Below, piece after piece: positions 20,089 to 30,492 of a stretch of DNA of 64,000 nucleotides (the stretch's first letter is position 1; each line of letters begins with the position of its first letter). Both the position numbers and the translations under genes were made by a program. Source of the DNA: an uncultured Acidimicrobiales bacterium (GTDB taxonomy: Bacteria; Actinomycetota; Acidimicrobiia; Acidimicrobiales; CATQHL01); NCBI GenBank assembly GCA_958295925.1, contig CATQHL010000001.1, positions 1,249,753 through 1,313,752 of the forward strand, in the 5' to 3' direction. The notes beneath the pieces were generated by a model. The model made no database searches. It was not told where the DNA came from and saw only the letters and a program-made list of their open reading frames with translations.

Positions 20089-20463
20089 CTACACCCATTG
20101 CAGGACGCGCTTGCGCCACGCATAGAACAAGCCAAGGGCAAGAATGAAGATGAAGATCGCCATCTCCACCAGGCCGAACACCCCATAGGTCTCGAGACGT
20201 GTCGCCCACGGGAAAATGAAGACGGCCTCAACGTCGAACATCACGAAGAGCAGCCCGAAGAGGTAATAGCGAAGACGGCTCTGCGACCATCCCTCCCCGA
20301 CGGGATCAACACCGCTCTCGTAGCTGATGTACTTTTGCTTTTGAGGACGCTCAGGGCGCAGCACGGAAGCCAGCGTGAGCATGAGGGCGACCATTATCAC
20401 GGCTAGCAGGGCGAAGATTCCGACCGTGAGGTAGCTGCGCAGGAAGTCGGACACGGGAGACAA
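20089..20463 (-). CDS. nuoA: Subunit A (operon 1)
   Basis: YESGVDP, FVMFDVEAVFIFPWA. Confidence 0.93.
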   Translation of the reverse strand: MSPVSDFLRSYLTVGIFALLAVIMVALMLTLASVLRPERPQKQKYISYESGVDPVGEGWSQSRLRYYLFGLLFVMFDVEAVFIFPWATRLETYGVFGLVEMAIFIFILALGLFYAWRKRVLQWV

Positions 20464-20639
20464 TCCTACTCAGCGAGTCGGATTGGCGACAGGCTCTTGC
20501 CTCAACATGGCTGGCTTGGGCTGGTGGACGCTTGTTTAGCGGTCGACGGGCGCCTGGGCGCTTGGCGGTCCGAGCAATTGGCAGTTCCTAGACCTGACAC
20601 CTGACGCGGCGGCGGCGACCGCGCTGGTGTGCGTGGTCG

Positions 20640-22007
20640 CTACCCGGCCCCGGGAAGCCCTTCAAGGGCGGCCTGGACCTTCTCTTCTGGAAAGCCGTAG
20701 TCGCTCAACTCGCCGGAAAGGTAAGAGTCGAACGCAGAGAGGTCGAGCAGACCGTGGCCGCACATCGCCGTGAGGATCACCTTCTCCTCTCCCGTCTCGG
20801 CGCAGCGGCGCGCCTCGGCCACCGCCGCTGCGATGGCGTGCGTGGGCTCGGGGGCGGGGACGATGCCCTCGCAGCGGGCAAACAATATCCCCGCCTCGAA
20901 GCACTCCGACTGCAGCTTGGCCTCGGCGGTAATGAGGCCAAGCTCGTAGATGTGCGAGAGCAGTGGCGACATGCCGTGATAGCGCAGGCCGCCCGAGTGA
21001 ATGGGATCGGGCACGAAGGAGTGCCCGAGCGTGCGCATCTTCAGCAGCGGCGTGAAGCCTGCCGCGTCGCCGAAGTCGTATGTGTAGACGCCCTTCGTGA
21101 ACGACGGACAGGCCGACGGCTCGACGCAGCGAATTTCCGGGCTCATCCTTCCTGCCATCTTCTCGCGCAGAAACGGCATGGAGAGCCCGGCGAAGTTCGA
21201 TCCGCCGCCCGTGCAGCCCACTATGAGGTCTGGCTCCTCACCGAGCACGGCCATCTGCTCGAGCGCCTCCTGGCCGATGACTGTCTGATGCAGCAGAACG
21301 TGGTTGAGCACGCTGCCAAGGGAGTAGTGCGTGTTTGCGTCGCCGGCGGCAACCTCTATGGCCTCGCTAATGGCGATGCCCAGGCTGCCAGGGTTGTCGG
21401 GATCTTGCTCCAGATACTTCTGCCCCGTCTCGGTGACATTCGACGGACTGGGGTGCACCTCGGCGCCGAAGACCTCCATCATCAGGCGCCGGTAGGGCTT
21501 CTGGTCGTAGGAGGCGCGCACCTGCCACACCTCGCATTCGACAGCGAAGGCACTGCAGGCGAACGCCAACGCCGCTCCCCACTGACCCGCGCCAGTCTCG
21601 GTGGTGAGTTTCCTCACGCCTTCCTCGGCGTTGAAGAACACCTGGGGGACTGCGGTGTTTGGCTTGTGCGAGCCAACCGGGCTGGCGCCCTCGTACTTGT
21701 AGTAGATGCGTGCCGGGGTCCCGAGTGCCTTCTCCAGACGGCGGGCGCGCATCAGCGGTGTGGGGCGCCAGAGGCGGTAGACATCCTGAACTGGCTCGGG
21801 GATGTCGATGTAGCTCTCGCCACTGACCTCCTGGAGAATCAGCCCCATCGGGAAGAGCGGGGTGAGGGCGTCGGGGCCGACCGGCTCCATCGTGGCCGGA
21901 TGCAGCGGTGGCGGAGGCGGGGAAGGCAGGTCGGGAATGACGTTGTACCAATGCGTCGGCATCCGCTCTTCGGACAAAAGGGTTTTGATTGTTTTAGCCA
22001 TGGCCAA
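20640..22007 (-). CDS. trpB2: TrpB2-type PLP enzyme (tryptophan synthase beta-like)
   Basis: [47 protein letters not shown]. Confidence 0.9.
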   Translation of the reverse strand: MAMAKTIKTLLSEERMPTHWYNVIPDLPSPPPPPLHPATMEPVGPDALTPLFPMGLILQEVSGESYIDIPEPVQDVYRLWRPTPLMRARRLEKALGTPARIYYKYEGASPVGSHKPNTAVPQVFFNAEEGVRKLTTETGAGQWGAALAFACSAFAVECEVWQVRASYDQKPYRRLMMEVFGAEVHPSPSNVTETGQKYLEQDPDNPGSLGIAISEAIEVAAGDANTHYSLGSVLNHVLLHQTVIGQEALEQMAVLGEEPDLIVGCTGGGSNFAGLSMPFLREKMAGRMSPEIRCVEPSACPSFTKGVYTYDFGDAAGFTPLLKMRTLGHSFVPDPIHSGGLRYHGMSPLLSHIYELGLITAEAKLQSECFEAGILFARCEGIVPAPEPTHAIAAAVAEARRCAETGEEKVILTAMCGHGLLDLSAFDSYLSGELSDYGFPEEKVQAALEGLPGAG

Positions 22008-22142
22008 ATCCTAGATCAGCATCGAAAATTCGTGCAGGGGTGGGAGGAGGACGCCGAGCGGGATTCCCAAGCCCTCCAACCCCCTCACCCCACAGAATTA
22101 GCTAGCCCGGAAAGCAATACTTTCGGCCAGGGAAAGAGGCGA

Positions 22143-23054
22143 CTAGCCGGTCGGCATGTCTCCGTTCATCGGGACATCGAAGAGGAGGGCGTCTTCTTCA
22201 AACCACTTTTTGCTCAAGGCGTTCAGAGAGCCGTCGGCCTTCATTTCGACGATGACTGCGCTTATTTTGGCCCGCAGGTCGTCATCCTCCTCTCGGAAGC
22301 CCATGGCGGATCCCAGACGGGGAAACTCAACCTCGTCTCCGACAATCTCGAGCGCGCCGTCGGATTCGGCCACAAATCTCCTCGCCGACCCGATGTCGTT
22401 CAAAAGGGCGTCTGCTGCGCCACTCAACACGGCCTCGAAAATTTCCTGCTGCGTGTCGAGCGCAAGCAGCGTGGCCGAAGTTTGCTTGTCGACGTAGTCG
22501 GCCTGGACGGTGGCGCTGATGGCTGCAACCACGCCCCTAATCACGTCCTCACCTGCACCCGCCTTGGAGACATACACCGATGGGGCCGACGGCTGGTAGA
22601 CCTCGGAAAAGTCGATCAGTTCGTCCCGCTCGGGCGTGTTGTACATCAATGTCAAGATGACGTCAAACTCACCGGCAATGAGGTTGGGCATGAGCGAAAC
22701 CCACTCGTTCCTGACCCAGACGCACTCAAGCTGCGCCCTGCGGCAGACCTCGTCGCGCAGTTCCGGCTCGAAGCCGTCGATTTCGCCGTCGTCGTTCACG
22801 AAATTCGACGGTGGGTACTGGGCATCGATGCCGAAGCGGACTGGGCCGTCGCCATAGGCGACAACTACCGGCTGCTCAGGTTCGGGTGGTGGATCATCCT
22901 CGGGCTTGGTGGTGGAGGTGGTGTCGTCATCATCGGGGTTTGCCTGTTCCTGGCCAACGACGCCCGTTCCGCCAGCGAGAAGGGCGACAGCGAGGACGAA
23001 GACTGCAACCGTCACGCCGATGGGTGCGACCTTTCTTGAAACCGGCTTGAGCAT
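22143..23054 (-). CDS. Polar amino-acid ABC substrate-binding protein (no permease nearby)
   Basis: Signal peptide; YPP...DGEIDGFE...TPERDELIDFS...KADGSLNALSKKWF. Confidence 0.85.
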   Translation of the reverse strand: MLKPVSRKVAPIGVTVAVFVLAVALLAGGTGVVGQEQANPDDDDTTSTTKPEDDPPPEPEQPVVVAYGDGPVRFGIDAQYPPSNFVNDDGEIDGFEPELRDEVCRRAQLECVWVRNEWVSLMPNLIAGEFDVILTLMYNTPERDELIDFSEVYQPSAPSVYVSKAGAGEDVIRGVVAAISATVQADYVDKQTSATLLALDTQQEIFEAVLSGAADALLNDIGSARRFVAESDGALEIVGDEVEFPRLGSAMGFREEDDDLRAKISAVIVEMKADGSLNALSKKWFEEDALLFDVPMNGDMPTG

Positions 23055-23179
23055 GCGCCTACCCTACATTCCTTATCCACTATGTGCTTTCGTATGCATT
23101 TTCGCGAAACCATTTGTATTCGCAAAACTGGGCGGCTTCATTTGTAACTTTGGGGGCATCGGCTGCTCCAAGAACTGCC

Positions 23180-26100
23180 ATGAATGACGATTTCTTCACG
23201 AAACCAATCCTGAACTCGCCCTACGAGCACCCAGGGCGGCACTGGAAGCTTGACGACGACCGGCAGCCGACCAGTTGCGTCGTCCAACGGCGGCGGAAGG
23301 CGGACTTCATCACGCCCATTCCCAAGTCGCGCAAGAGCAAGGCGCAGCAGCGCGAGATGTCCTTTGACGCCAAGGCCAGGGCGCTGGAAGCCGAGGGCAG
23401 CGGGCAGTACCGCATCGCGGAAGTCATCAACGACCTGCGCGGGGTGGTGGAAGCGTGGAGGCTAAGCCCTGAGCGCGAATGGCGAGTCACCGCTGAGACC
23501 GCCCGCCTGCTGCGGCACTGGCGTACCCACGAATTCAACGACATTCGTCCGTTCTTCTGCCAGGTGGAGGCCGTCGAGACGATCATCTGGCTAACCGAGG
23601 TTGCGCCCAAAATCGGAAATCGGGGGAAGAGTTTTCTGGAGCACCTCAACGTCGCCAACGATGAGGCCAATCCAGGTCTTTCCAGGCTGGCGCTGAAGAT
23701 GGCCACAGGAGCGGGTAAGACCACCGTGATCGCGATGATCATCGCCTGGCAGACCGTCAACGCCGTTCGCCATCCTCGCAGCAATCGGTTTACAAACGGA
23801 TTTCTCGTAGTCACGCCGGGCATCACAATTCGCAACCGTCTTCGCGTGCTTCAGCCGAACGATCCCGACAGCTACTACGAGCGGCGTGAGCTCGTCCCAA
23901 GGGACATGCTCTCCGAGCTGGGCAAGGCGAGGATCGTCATCACCAACTATCACGCCTTTCTTCGCCGTGAGGCGATGGAACTCACCAAGGCCGGGCGCGC
24001 CTTGCTTCAGGGGCGCGGCCCCGCTCTGGAAACCAAGGAGACCGAGGGCCAGATGCTCCAGCGCGTGATGCCCTCCCTGATGGGGTTCAAGCAGATAATG
24101 GCCATCAACGACGAAGGCCACCACTGCTACAGGGAGAAGCCTCCCGAGGACAGCGACGAGAAAACGCTCACGGGCGACGAAAAGGTCGAGGCCTCGGCCA
24201 ACAAGGAGGCCGCACGGGTTTGGATTTCAGGGCTGGAAGCCGTTGGGCGCAAAATCGGGCTGAGCCGAGTGGTTGACCTCTCTGCCACTCCTTTCTTCCT
24301 GCGTGGGTCGGGTTACGCCGAAGGGACGCTCTTCCCCTGGACGATGAGCGACTTTTCCCTGCTCGACGCCATCGAGAGCGGCATCGTGAAACTGCCCAGG
24401 GTGCCTGTGGCCGACAACGTCCCCAGCGAGGAAATGCCGAAGTTCCGAAACATCTGGGAGCACATCGGCAAGAAGATGCCTAAGGGCAGGCGAAGCAAGA
24501 AGGTCGTGCTCGACCCGCTGAAGCTCCCGATCGAGCTGCAGACGGCGTTTGAAGCCCTCTACGGCCACTATGAGAAGACTTTCACTGCCTGGGAGCGGGA
24601 TGGGATAGAGGCGCCGCCGTGCTTCATCGTGGTCTGCAACAACACCGCAACGTCCAAGCTGGTCTACGACTACATCTCTGGTTTCCACCGTGAGCAGGAG
24701 GGTGGGCAGCGGGAGTTCCACAACGGGCGCCTGGCGCTCTTTCGCAACTACGGCAACAGCGGCGCGCCCCTGCCCAGGCCCCGGACGCTGCTCATCGACA
24801 GTGTTCAGCTCGAGTCGGGCGAGGCGCTCAGCGCCGACTTCCGCAAGGTGGCTGCCGAGGAGATCGAGCGTTTCAGGCGTGATTTTGTCCAGCGCACAGG
24901 CAACCGGCGGCAGGCGGAGAACCTCTCCGAGCAGGACCTGCTGCGGGAGGTGATGAACACTGTTGGCAGACCTGGGCTGCTCGGTGGCGAGACACGGTGC
25001 GTCGTCTCGGTCTCGATGCTCACCGAGGGCTGGGACGCCACGAACGTCACGCATGTGATGGGGGTTCGGGCGTTCAGCACCCAGCTGCTGTGCGAGCAGG
25101 TGGTGGGGCGGGCGCTGCGCCGACAGTCATACGACTTGAACGCCGAGGGGCTGTTTGACGTTGAGTATGCGGACGTGCTGGGCATCCCGTTCGACTTCAC
25201 CGCCAAGCCCGTGGTTGCACCCCCGCAGAAGCCGCGCGAGACGGTGCTGGTGAAGGCCGTCAGCCCCGATCGCGACGCCTGCGAGATTCGTTTTCCGAGG
25301 GTGGAGGGCTACCGGGTTGAGCTGCCTGAAGATCGCCTTGACGCCGTCTTCAACAACGATTCGACGATGGTTCTCACACCTCAGCTCGTCGGCCCGTCAA
25401 TCACGCGCAATGAGGGCATTCTCGGCGAGTCGGCTGAACTTACTTTGGATCACCTCAAGAGCAAGCGGCTGAGCACTATCACCTACAGGCTGACCAAACG
25501 ACTTCTCGAGACGAAGTGGCGCGATGCAGGTGATCTGCCGCGCCTGCATTTGTTCGGGCAGCTCAAGCGCATCACACGTCGATGGCTCGATGAGCACCTC
25601 GTCTGCAAGGGCGGCACCTTTCCGGCGCAAGTTCTGTATCAAGAGTTGGCCGACACGGCCTGCGAGCGCATCAACATCGGAATAGTCGAGCAGCACAGGG
25701 GGGAGCGCCCGATAACTGCCATCCTCGATCCCTACAATCCTGTCGGCTCCACCTCTGAGGTGCACTTCACCACTTCCAAGACACCGCGTTGGCGCACCAG
25801 GAGCGACCTCTGCCACGTCAACTGGGCGGTCTGCGACAGCGAATGGGAGGCGGAGTTCTGCCGGGCTATCGAGTCGTATCCGCGTGCGCGCGCCTACGTG
25901 AAGAACCAGGGGCTAGGCCTGGAGGTGCCGTATCAGATGGGATCTGAGCCGCGTCGCTACATTCCCGACTTCATAGTGCTGATAGACGACGGGCATGGAG
26001 ACGACGACCTGCTCCACCTAGTGGTGGAGGTTAAGGGCTACAGGGGCGAGAACGCCAAGGTCAAGAAGCTGACCATGGACACATTCTGGGTGCCGGGTGT

Positions 26101-26221
26101 CAACTATTTGAAGTCGTTCGGGCGCTGGGCATTCATAGAGTGCGCGGATGTCTGGGAAATAGAGGAGGAGCTGCACGAGCAGATCGACCGGGCGACAATC
26201 AAGGAAAGGCTGGCAGCGTAA
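23180..26221 (+). CDS. res: Type III restriction enzyme Res subunit; start adjusted to ATG 23180
   Basis: KMATGAGKT (Walker A), INDEGHH, SATP, MLTEGWD, EQVVGRALRR; C-terminal YIPDF...VVEVKG nuclease motif. Confidence 0.9.
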   Translation: MNDDFFTKPILNSPYEHPGRHWKLDDDRQPTSCVVQRRRKADFITPIPKSRKSKAQQREMSFDAKARALEAEGSGQYRIAEVINDLRGVVEAWRLSPEREWRVTAETARLLRHWRTHEFNDIRPFFCQVEAVETIIWLTEVAPKIGNRGKSFLEHLNVANDEANPGLSRLALKMATGAGKTTVIAMIIAWQTVNAVRHPRSNRFTNGFLVVTPGITIRNRLRVLQPNDPDSYYERRELVPRDMLSELGKARIVITNYHAFLRREAMELTKAGRALLQGRGPALETKETEGQMLQRVMPSLMGFKQIMAINDEGHHCYREKPPEDSDEKTLTGDEKVEASANKEAARVWISGLEAVGRKIGLSRVVDLSATPFFLRGSGYAEGTLFPWTMSDFSLLDAIESGIVKLPRVPVADNVPSEEMPKFRNIWEHIGKKMPKGRRSKKVVLDPLKLPIELQTAFEALYGHYEKTFTAWERDGIEAPPCFIVVCNNTATSKLVYDYISGFHREQEGGQREFHNGRLALFRNYGNSGAPLPRPRTLLIDSVQLESGEALSADFRKVAAEEIERFRRDFVQRTGNRRQAENLSEQDLLREVMNTVGRPGLLGGETRCVVSVSMLTEGWDATNVTHVMGVRAFSTQLLCEQVVGRALRRQSYDLNAEGLFDVEYADVLGIPFDFTAKPVVAPPQKPRETVLVKAVSPDRDACEIRFPRVEGYRVELPEDRLDAVFNNDSTMVLTPQLVGPSITRNEGILGESAELTLDHLKSKRLSTITYRLTKRLLETKWRDAGDLPRLHLFGQLKRITRRWLDEHLVCKGGTFPAQVLYQELADTACERINIGIVEQHRGERPITAILDPYNPVGSTSEVHFTTSKTPRWRTRSDLCHVNWAVCDSEWEAEFCRAIESYPRARAYVKNQGLGLEVPYQMGSEPRRYIPDFIVLIDDGHGDDDLLHLVVEVKGYRGENAKVKKLTMDTFWVPGVNYLKSFGRWAFIECADVWEIEEELHEQIDRATIKERLAA

Positions 26222-26238
26222 TCAGTTGGTTATTATGA

Positions 26239-26388
26239 CAGAAAAACTTCTTTGAGGTCGATTATAATGCTATTGAAACCAATCGTTTCGAAACCTTCGA
26301 CGGGGCATTGTTCTGCTTGCAACACGATTATAACCTGAAGGCATCTTTGCAAGACCCGATAATCCTAGACTGTTCTAATGATAAGTGA
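26239..26388 (+). pseudogene. Possible 3' remnant of a gene normally upstream of DUF1828
   Basis: Startless frame EVDYNAIETNRFETFDGALFCLQHDYNL... overlapping the DUF1828 start; resemblance recalled from memory, not verified. Confidence 0.3.
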
Positions 26389-27160
26389 TCAAATAAGCCT
26401 ACAGAAATTTCTGAGCGAACGCCTCTGCCAAGATGTGCGGCTAGTCGAACGCCAGGATGGTGCTGTAATGATACGTACTTACTTTGAGTTTCCAGATGGC
26501 GATCGGTACGCGATAAATATTACCGAACAAAGTGCTGGCACATTTCGCTTATCCGATCTAGGCCATACCCTCATGGAAATCAGCTATAAACTCGATATAA
26601 ACTCTCTGTACGAAGGAACTCGAAGAGCTATCTTGGAGCGCATTATGGAAGAAAATTCAATTCAGTGGGAAGGCAGAGATTTTTTTCTTGACACGTCATT
26701 GGTTGAATTGCCAGAAGCACTATTTCGATTTATTCAAGCTCTTACTAGAATATATGATATTACATTGTTATCAAGAACACATGTTGAGTCAACTTTCAAT
26801 GACGACCTATCAGAAATCATTTTTGCACTAGTTGAAGAAGAAAGAATTCAGCGCGAATATCATCCTCACGTACCCAATGCTGAAGCTTATCCTGTTGATT
26901 ACTATATTAAATGCAGTGCGGATGTGCCACTATTCTTGTTCGGAGTTTCTAATCAAAGCAAAGCACGTTTGATAACCATAAAATTATCGCATTATCATCG
27001 CTACGAATTGCAATTTAATTCTATTTTGATATTTGACAACCAAAGCAAAATCTCCAGAATGGATCTCACGCGACTATCTGATGTGGGTGGTGAAATGATT
27101 TCTTCCCTTGATGCAAAAAAGGATTTGGAGAGAAAACTTCTACAACACATATCAGCATAA
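26378..27160 (+). CDS. DUF1828-like protein
   Basis: IRTYFEFPDGD...RLSDLGHTLM N-terminus; YPVDYYI in the C-terminal half; AT-rich. Confidence 0.7.
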   Translation: MISDQISLQKFLSERLCQDVRLVERQDGAVMIRTYFEFPDGDRYAINITEQSAGTFRLSDLGHTLMEISYKLDINSLYEGTRRAILERIMEENSIQWEGRDFFLDTSLVELPEALFRFIQALTRIYDITLLSRTHVESTFNDDLSEIIFALVEEERIQREYHPHVPNAEAYPVDYYIKCSADVPLFLFGVSNQSKARLITIKLSHYHRYELQFNSILIFDNQSKISRMDLTRLSDVGGEMISSLDAKKDLERKLLQHISA

Positions 27161-27209
27161 GTTTGCTTTTCTCATCAATCAATAGCTTTTGATATAGGGG
27201 GCACAGACG

Positions 27210-30045
27210 ATGGCCAAACAAATTGAGACTCTAAGACATTCAGAGGATTCTCGGGCGAACATTCCTACTGCGGAGCAGGAGCCGACGCTTCAGAAAGATG
27301 TGCTTGAAGCAATTCGGGCAACCTACAGCAGATGCAACGGAGACCTTGATCCTCAGCTTGTCTGGAGGGGAAAAGGCTTGGCTGAATGGTCGGACTTGGT
27401 TGTCCCTGTTCCTCCTTTGTTTATCCAAGAAAAGGTGCAACCCAAGGTTTTGATCGACGATTTAGTGCACCGCGCTAATCGCGAAGCCCCCCCCCCGAGT
27501 ATTTGAACCGGAATTGTGGAGTGATTTCAATGGCCTTCCTCCTGAAGCGCGCTCAGCCGAATTTTATGAGCATGAGGCTAATTGGTCTAACAGAATGATT
27601 TTAGGCGACGCCCTTCATGTCATGGCGTCGCTAGCTGAAAAGGAAGGGTTAAAGGGCAAAGTACAGTGTATATACATTGATCCGCCATATGGGATCAAGT
27701 TCAACTCCAACTTTCAGTGGTCAACAAATAGTCGAAATGTCCAAGACGGGAAAAAGGGCCACATTACCCGAGAGCCGGAGCAAGTAAAGGCGTTTCGAGA
27801 CACATGGAAAGATGGTATTCACTCATACTTGACATACATAAGAGACCGACTAACAGTTGCTAGAGAGTTGCTCAACGAAACTGGCTCAATATTTGTTCAA
27901 ATTGGCGACGAGAATGTGCACCGTGTACGCGCGCTGATGGATGAAGTGTTTGGGGAGAAAAATTTCGTAAGTTTAATTACATACAAGACTACAAGTGGTA
28001 CTACTCAACACAGGTCGATTAGAAGAATTTCTGACTACATACTTTGGTACAGTAAGACTGCCGACCAAAATAAGTTTCGAAGATTGCTTGAACTAAAAAC
28101 TTTGGACACAAAGAGCTATAACCAATTGCAGCTCCTCACTGGAACTCGTCGAACTATGACAACACAAGAGAGAAAAGATCCTGCACTATGCCCAGCGTCA
28201 TCACGACCTTATCAAAAATTGCCGATGCATTCGATGGGTGCGGGCGATAACGCACCTAGAGGACTATTCAGCAAACTATGGCATATCCCCCAAGCAAGGC
28301 ACTGGACGTACACAATTGAAGGATTTTATCGACTTGCAAAGGCATCACGTATCGAACGAGACATTAATGTAGTACGTTCAATCCATTATCATGATGATTA
28401 TCCTGCATATGAAATTTCGAATTCTTGGGAAGATACTTCCCCCGAGACAGATAAATCATATGTTATTCAGACCGCGAAACTGCCAATTGAACGATGCATA
28501 CTTATGACAACTGATCCAGGCGATCTTGTTCTCGACCCCACTTGCGGGTCGGGAACTACTGCGTATGTTGCTGAGCAGTGGGGTAGGCGTTGGATCACCA
28601 TTGACACTTCCCGAGTGGCCCTTGCGCTGGCGCGGGCTCGCATCATGGGTGCTCGCTATCCCTACTATCTGTTATCCGACAGTCCTGAAGGGCAGGCGAA
28701 GGAAGCCGAACTATCGCAGAATGGGCAATCAACTGAAGAAACCCACAGAAGAATCCGACAAGGCTTCGTCAATAAACGAGTGCCACACATAACTCTTCGA
28801 AGCATTGCTAACAACGCTGAAATCGATGTCATCCACGACAAACACCAGCAGACGCTTGAACCTCTCCGTTCAAAGTTGAACGAAGCGCTAGGAACCGCTT
28901 GGGAGGAGTGGGAGATCCCACACGACGCCGACGGCAAATGGTCACATGAAGCAAAAACCCTGCACAATCAATGGTGGAAGCACCGCATCGCCCGTCAGCG
29001 GGAAATAGACGCCTCTATAAAGGCCAAAGCCGACCACGAGTATCTCTACGACAAGCCCTACGAAGACAAGAAGAAGGTTCGCATGGCGGGGCCTTTCACG
29101 GTGGAAAGTCTTTCCCCGCACCGCTACCTCGGCGTCGACGAGGACGACGAACTCATTGATCAACCTAGAGTCGGCAAGCTCGACTTCGAGGAGCAGCGGG
29201 ATTTTGTGAAGACGATTATTGAAAACCTGCGGAACGCAGGCGTCCAGCAGGCTCAGAAAGAAGACAAAATCACATTCACTTCGCTCACGGCCTGGCCAGG
29301 GACCGACTTTCCCCAAGAAGGGGCTAGAAGCGAGCTTGGCACAGGAATTTGTGCCGAAGGGCGCTACATAGAAGGCAGCAAGGAATCAGGAAAAGAAAGG
29401 CGCGCCGCTGTTTTCGTGGGCCCGGAATTCGGGACGGTGCAACGAGCCGATCTGGCAAGAGCGGCCCGCGCAGCCGCCGAAGCCGGATTCGATGTGCTGA
29501 TCTCCTGCGCCTTCAACTATGAACCCCAAGCCTCGGACTTCAAGCAAATGGGGCGCATTCCGGTGCTCAAGGCCCGCATGAACCCTGACCTTCACATGTC
29601 GGACGATCTCAAGAACACCGGAGCGGGCAACCTCTTCGTCATCTTCGGCGAGCCGGACATTGAAATATTGCCCGCCGAAGTTGAAGAATCCGGCAGCAAA
29701 GCCGAAGGGAAGGACGATCTGATACGGGTCAAGGTCAACGGGGTAGACGTTTTCCACCCCAACACAGGGGAAATCCGCAGCGATGGGCCGAAAGGCATCG
29801 CCTGCTGGTTCGTCGACACCGACTACAACGAGGAGAGTTTCTTCGTCCGCCACGCCTATTTCCTGGGCGCCGACGACCCCTACAAGAAACTGAAGACCAC
29901 CCTGAAAGCCGAAATCAACGAAGAGGCCTGGGCGACACTGCACAGCGACACGTCTCGTCCGTTCCCGAAGCCGAAATCAGGGCGCATCGCCGTGAAGGTC
30001 ATCAACCACCTCGGCGACGAGGTCATGAAGGTGCTCCGGGTTTAA
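27210..30045 (+). pseudogene. mod: Type III Mod methyltransferase split by a frameshift at a C10 tract (phase-variable candidate)
   Basis: ORF1 ANIPTAE...DLDPQLVWRGK; ORF2 WSNRMILGD, IYIDPPYGIKF, VLDPTCGSGTT; removing one C fuses them into 944 aa. Confidence 0.88.
27487..27496 (+). repeat. C10 homopolymer in mod
   Basis: gaag-cccccccccc-gagt. Confidence 0.9.
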
Positions 30046-30218
30046 CTACACCTGTCGGCAGCCGGACAGCAATCTCAAACTTGAACTCCACGCGATCTCC
30101 TTCAATTATTGCGTCGCTTTCAGCGTCGCCGCGGCGTAAGTCACGAAAGAGAGTCGCCATCGCCTCGGAGGTGTTCCTCAACTCAGATGGGTTTCCTCGA
30201 AGTCGCTGGCGGGCATGC

Positions 30219-30395
30219 CTATCTCCTTTTCCCAAATTGCGCCCCTTGGCGGGCGGGCGGGCGGGCGGCCAACTTGACGCCGACGGCCACAGACCCGTAG
30301 ACCAGCACCCTTGAAGCGCCCTCGTCGGCAAGAATGGCGGCGGCCTTGGCTGCGTCTTCCAGCGTCGGGGCCGAAGACGAGGCTGTTACCGCCAT
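30219..30395 (-). pseudogene. N-terminal remnant of a minimal nucleotidyltransferase-like gene
   Basis: MAVTASSSAPTLEDAAKAAAILADEGASRVLVYGSVAVG..., then stops with no DxD motif. Confidence 0.45.
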
Positions 30396-30492
30396 AGCCT
30401 GATTCTACATTTTCGGCAATTCAGGTTCAGAAGCCGGCAATTCAATTGATCTGCGACGCAACAATGAACGGCGACGGAGGGCGCATTTGGAC

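Noticed and set aside
22035..22092. Attenuator or riboswitch upstream of trpB2
   Set aside because: Only an imperfect G/C-rich inverted repeat; no Trp leader peptide or U-tract seen
20754..23039. 761-aa + strand ORF
   Set aside because: Antisense to trpB2 and the binding protein, with no recognisable motifs
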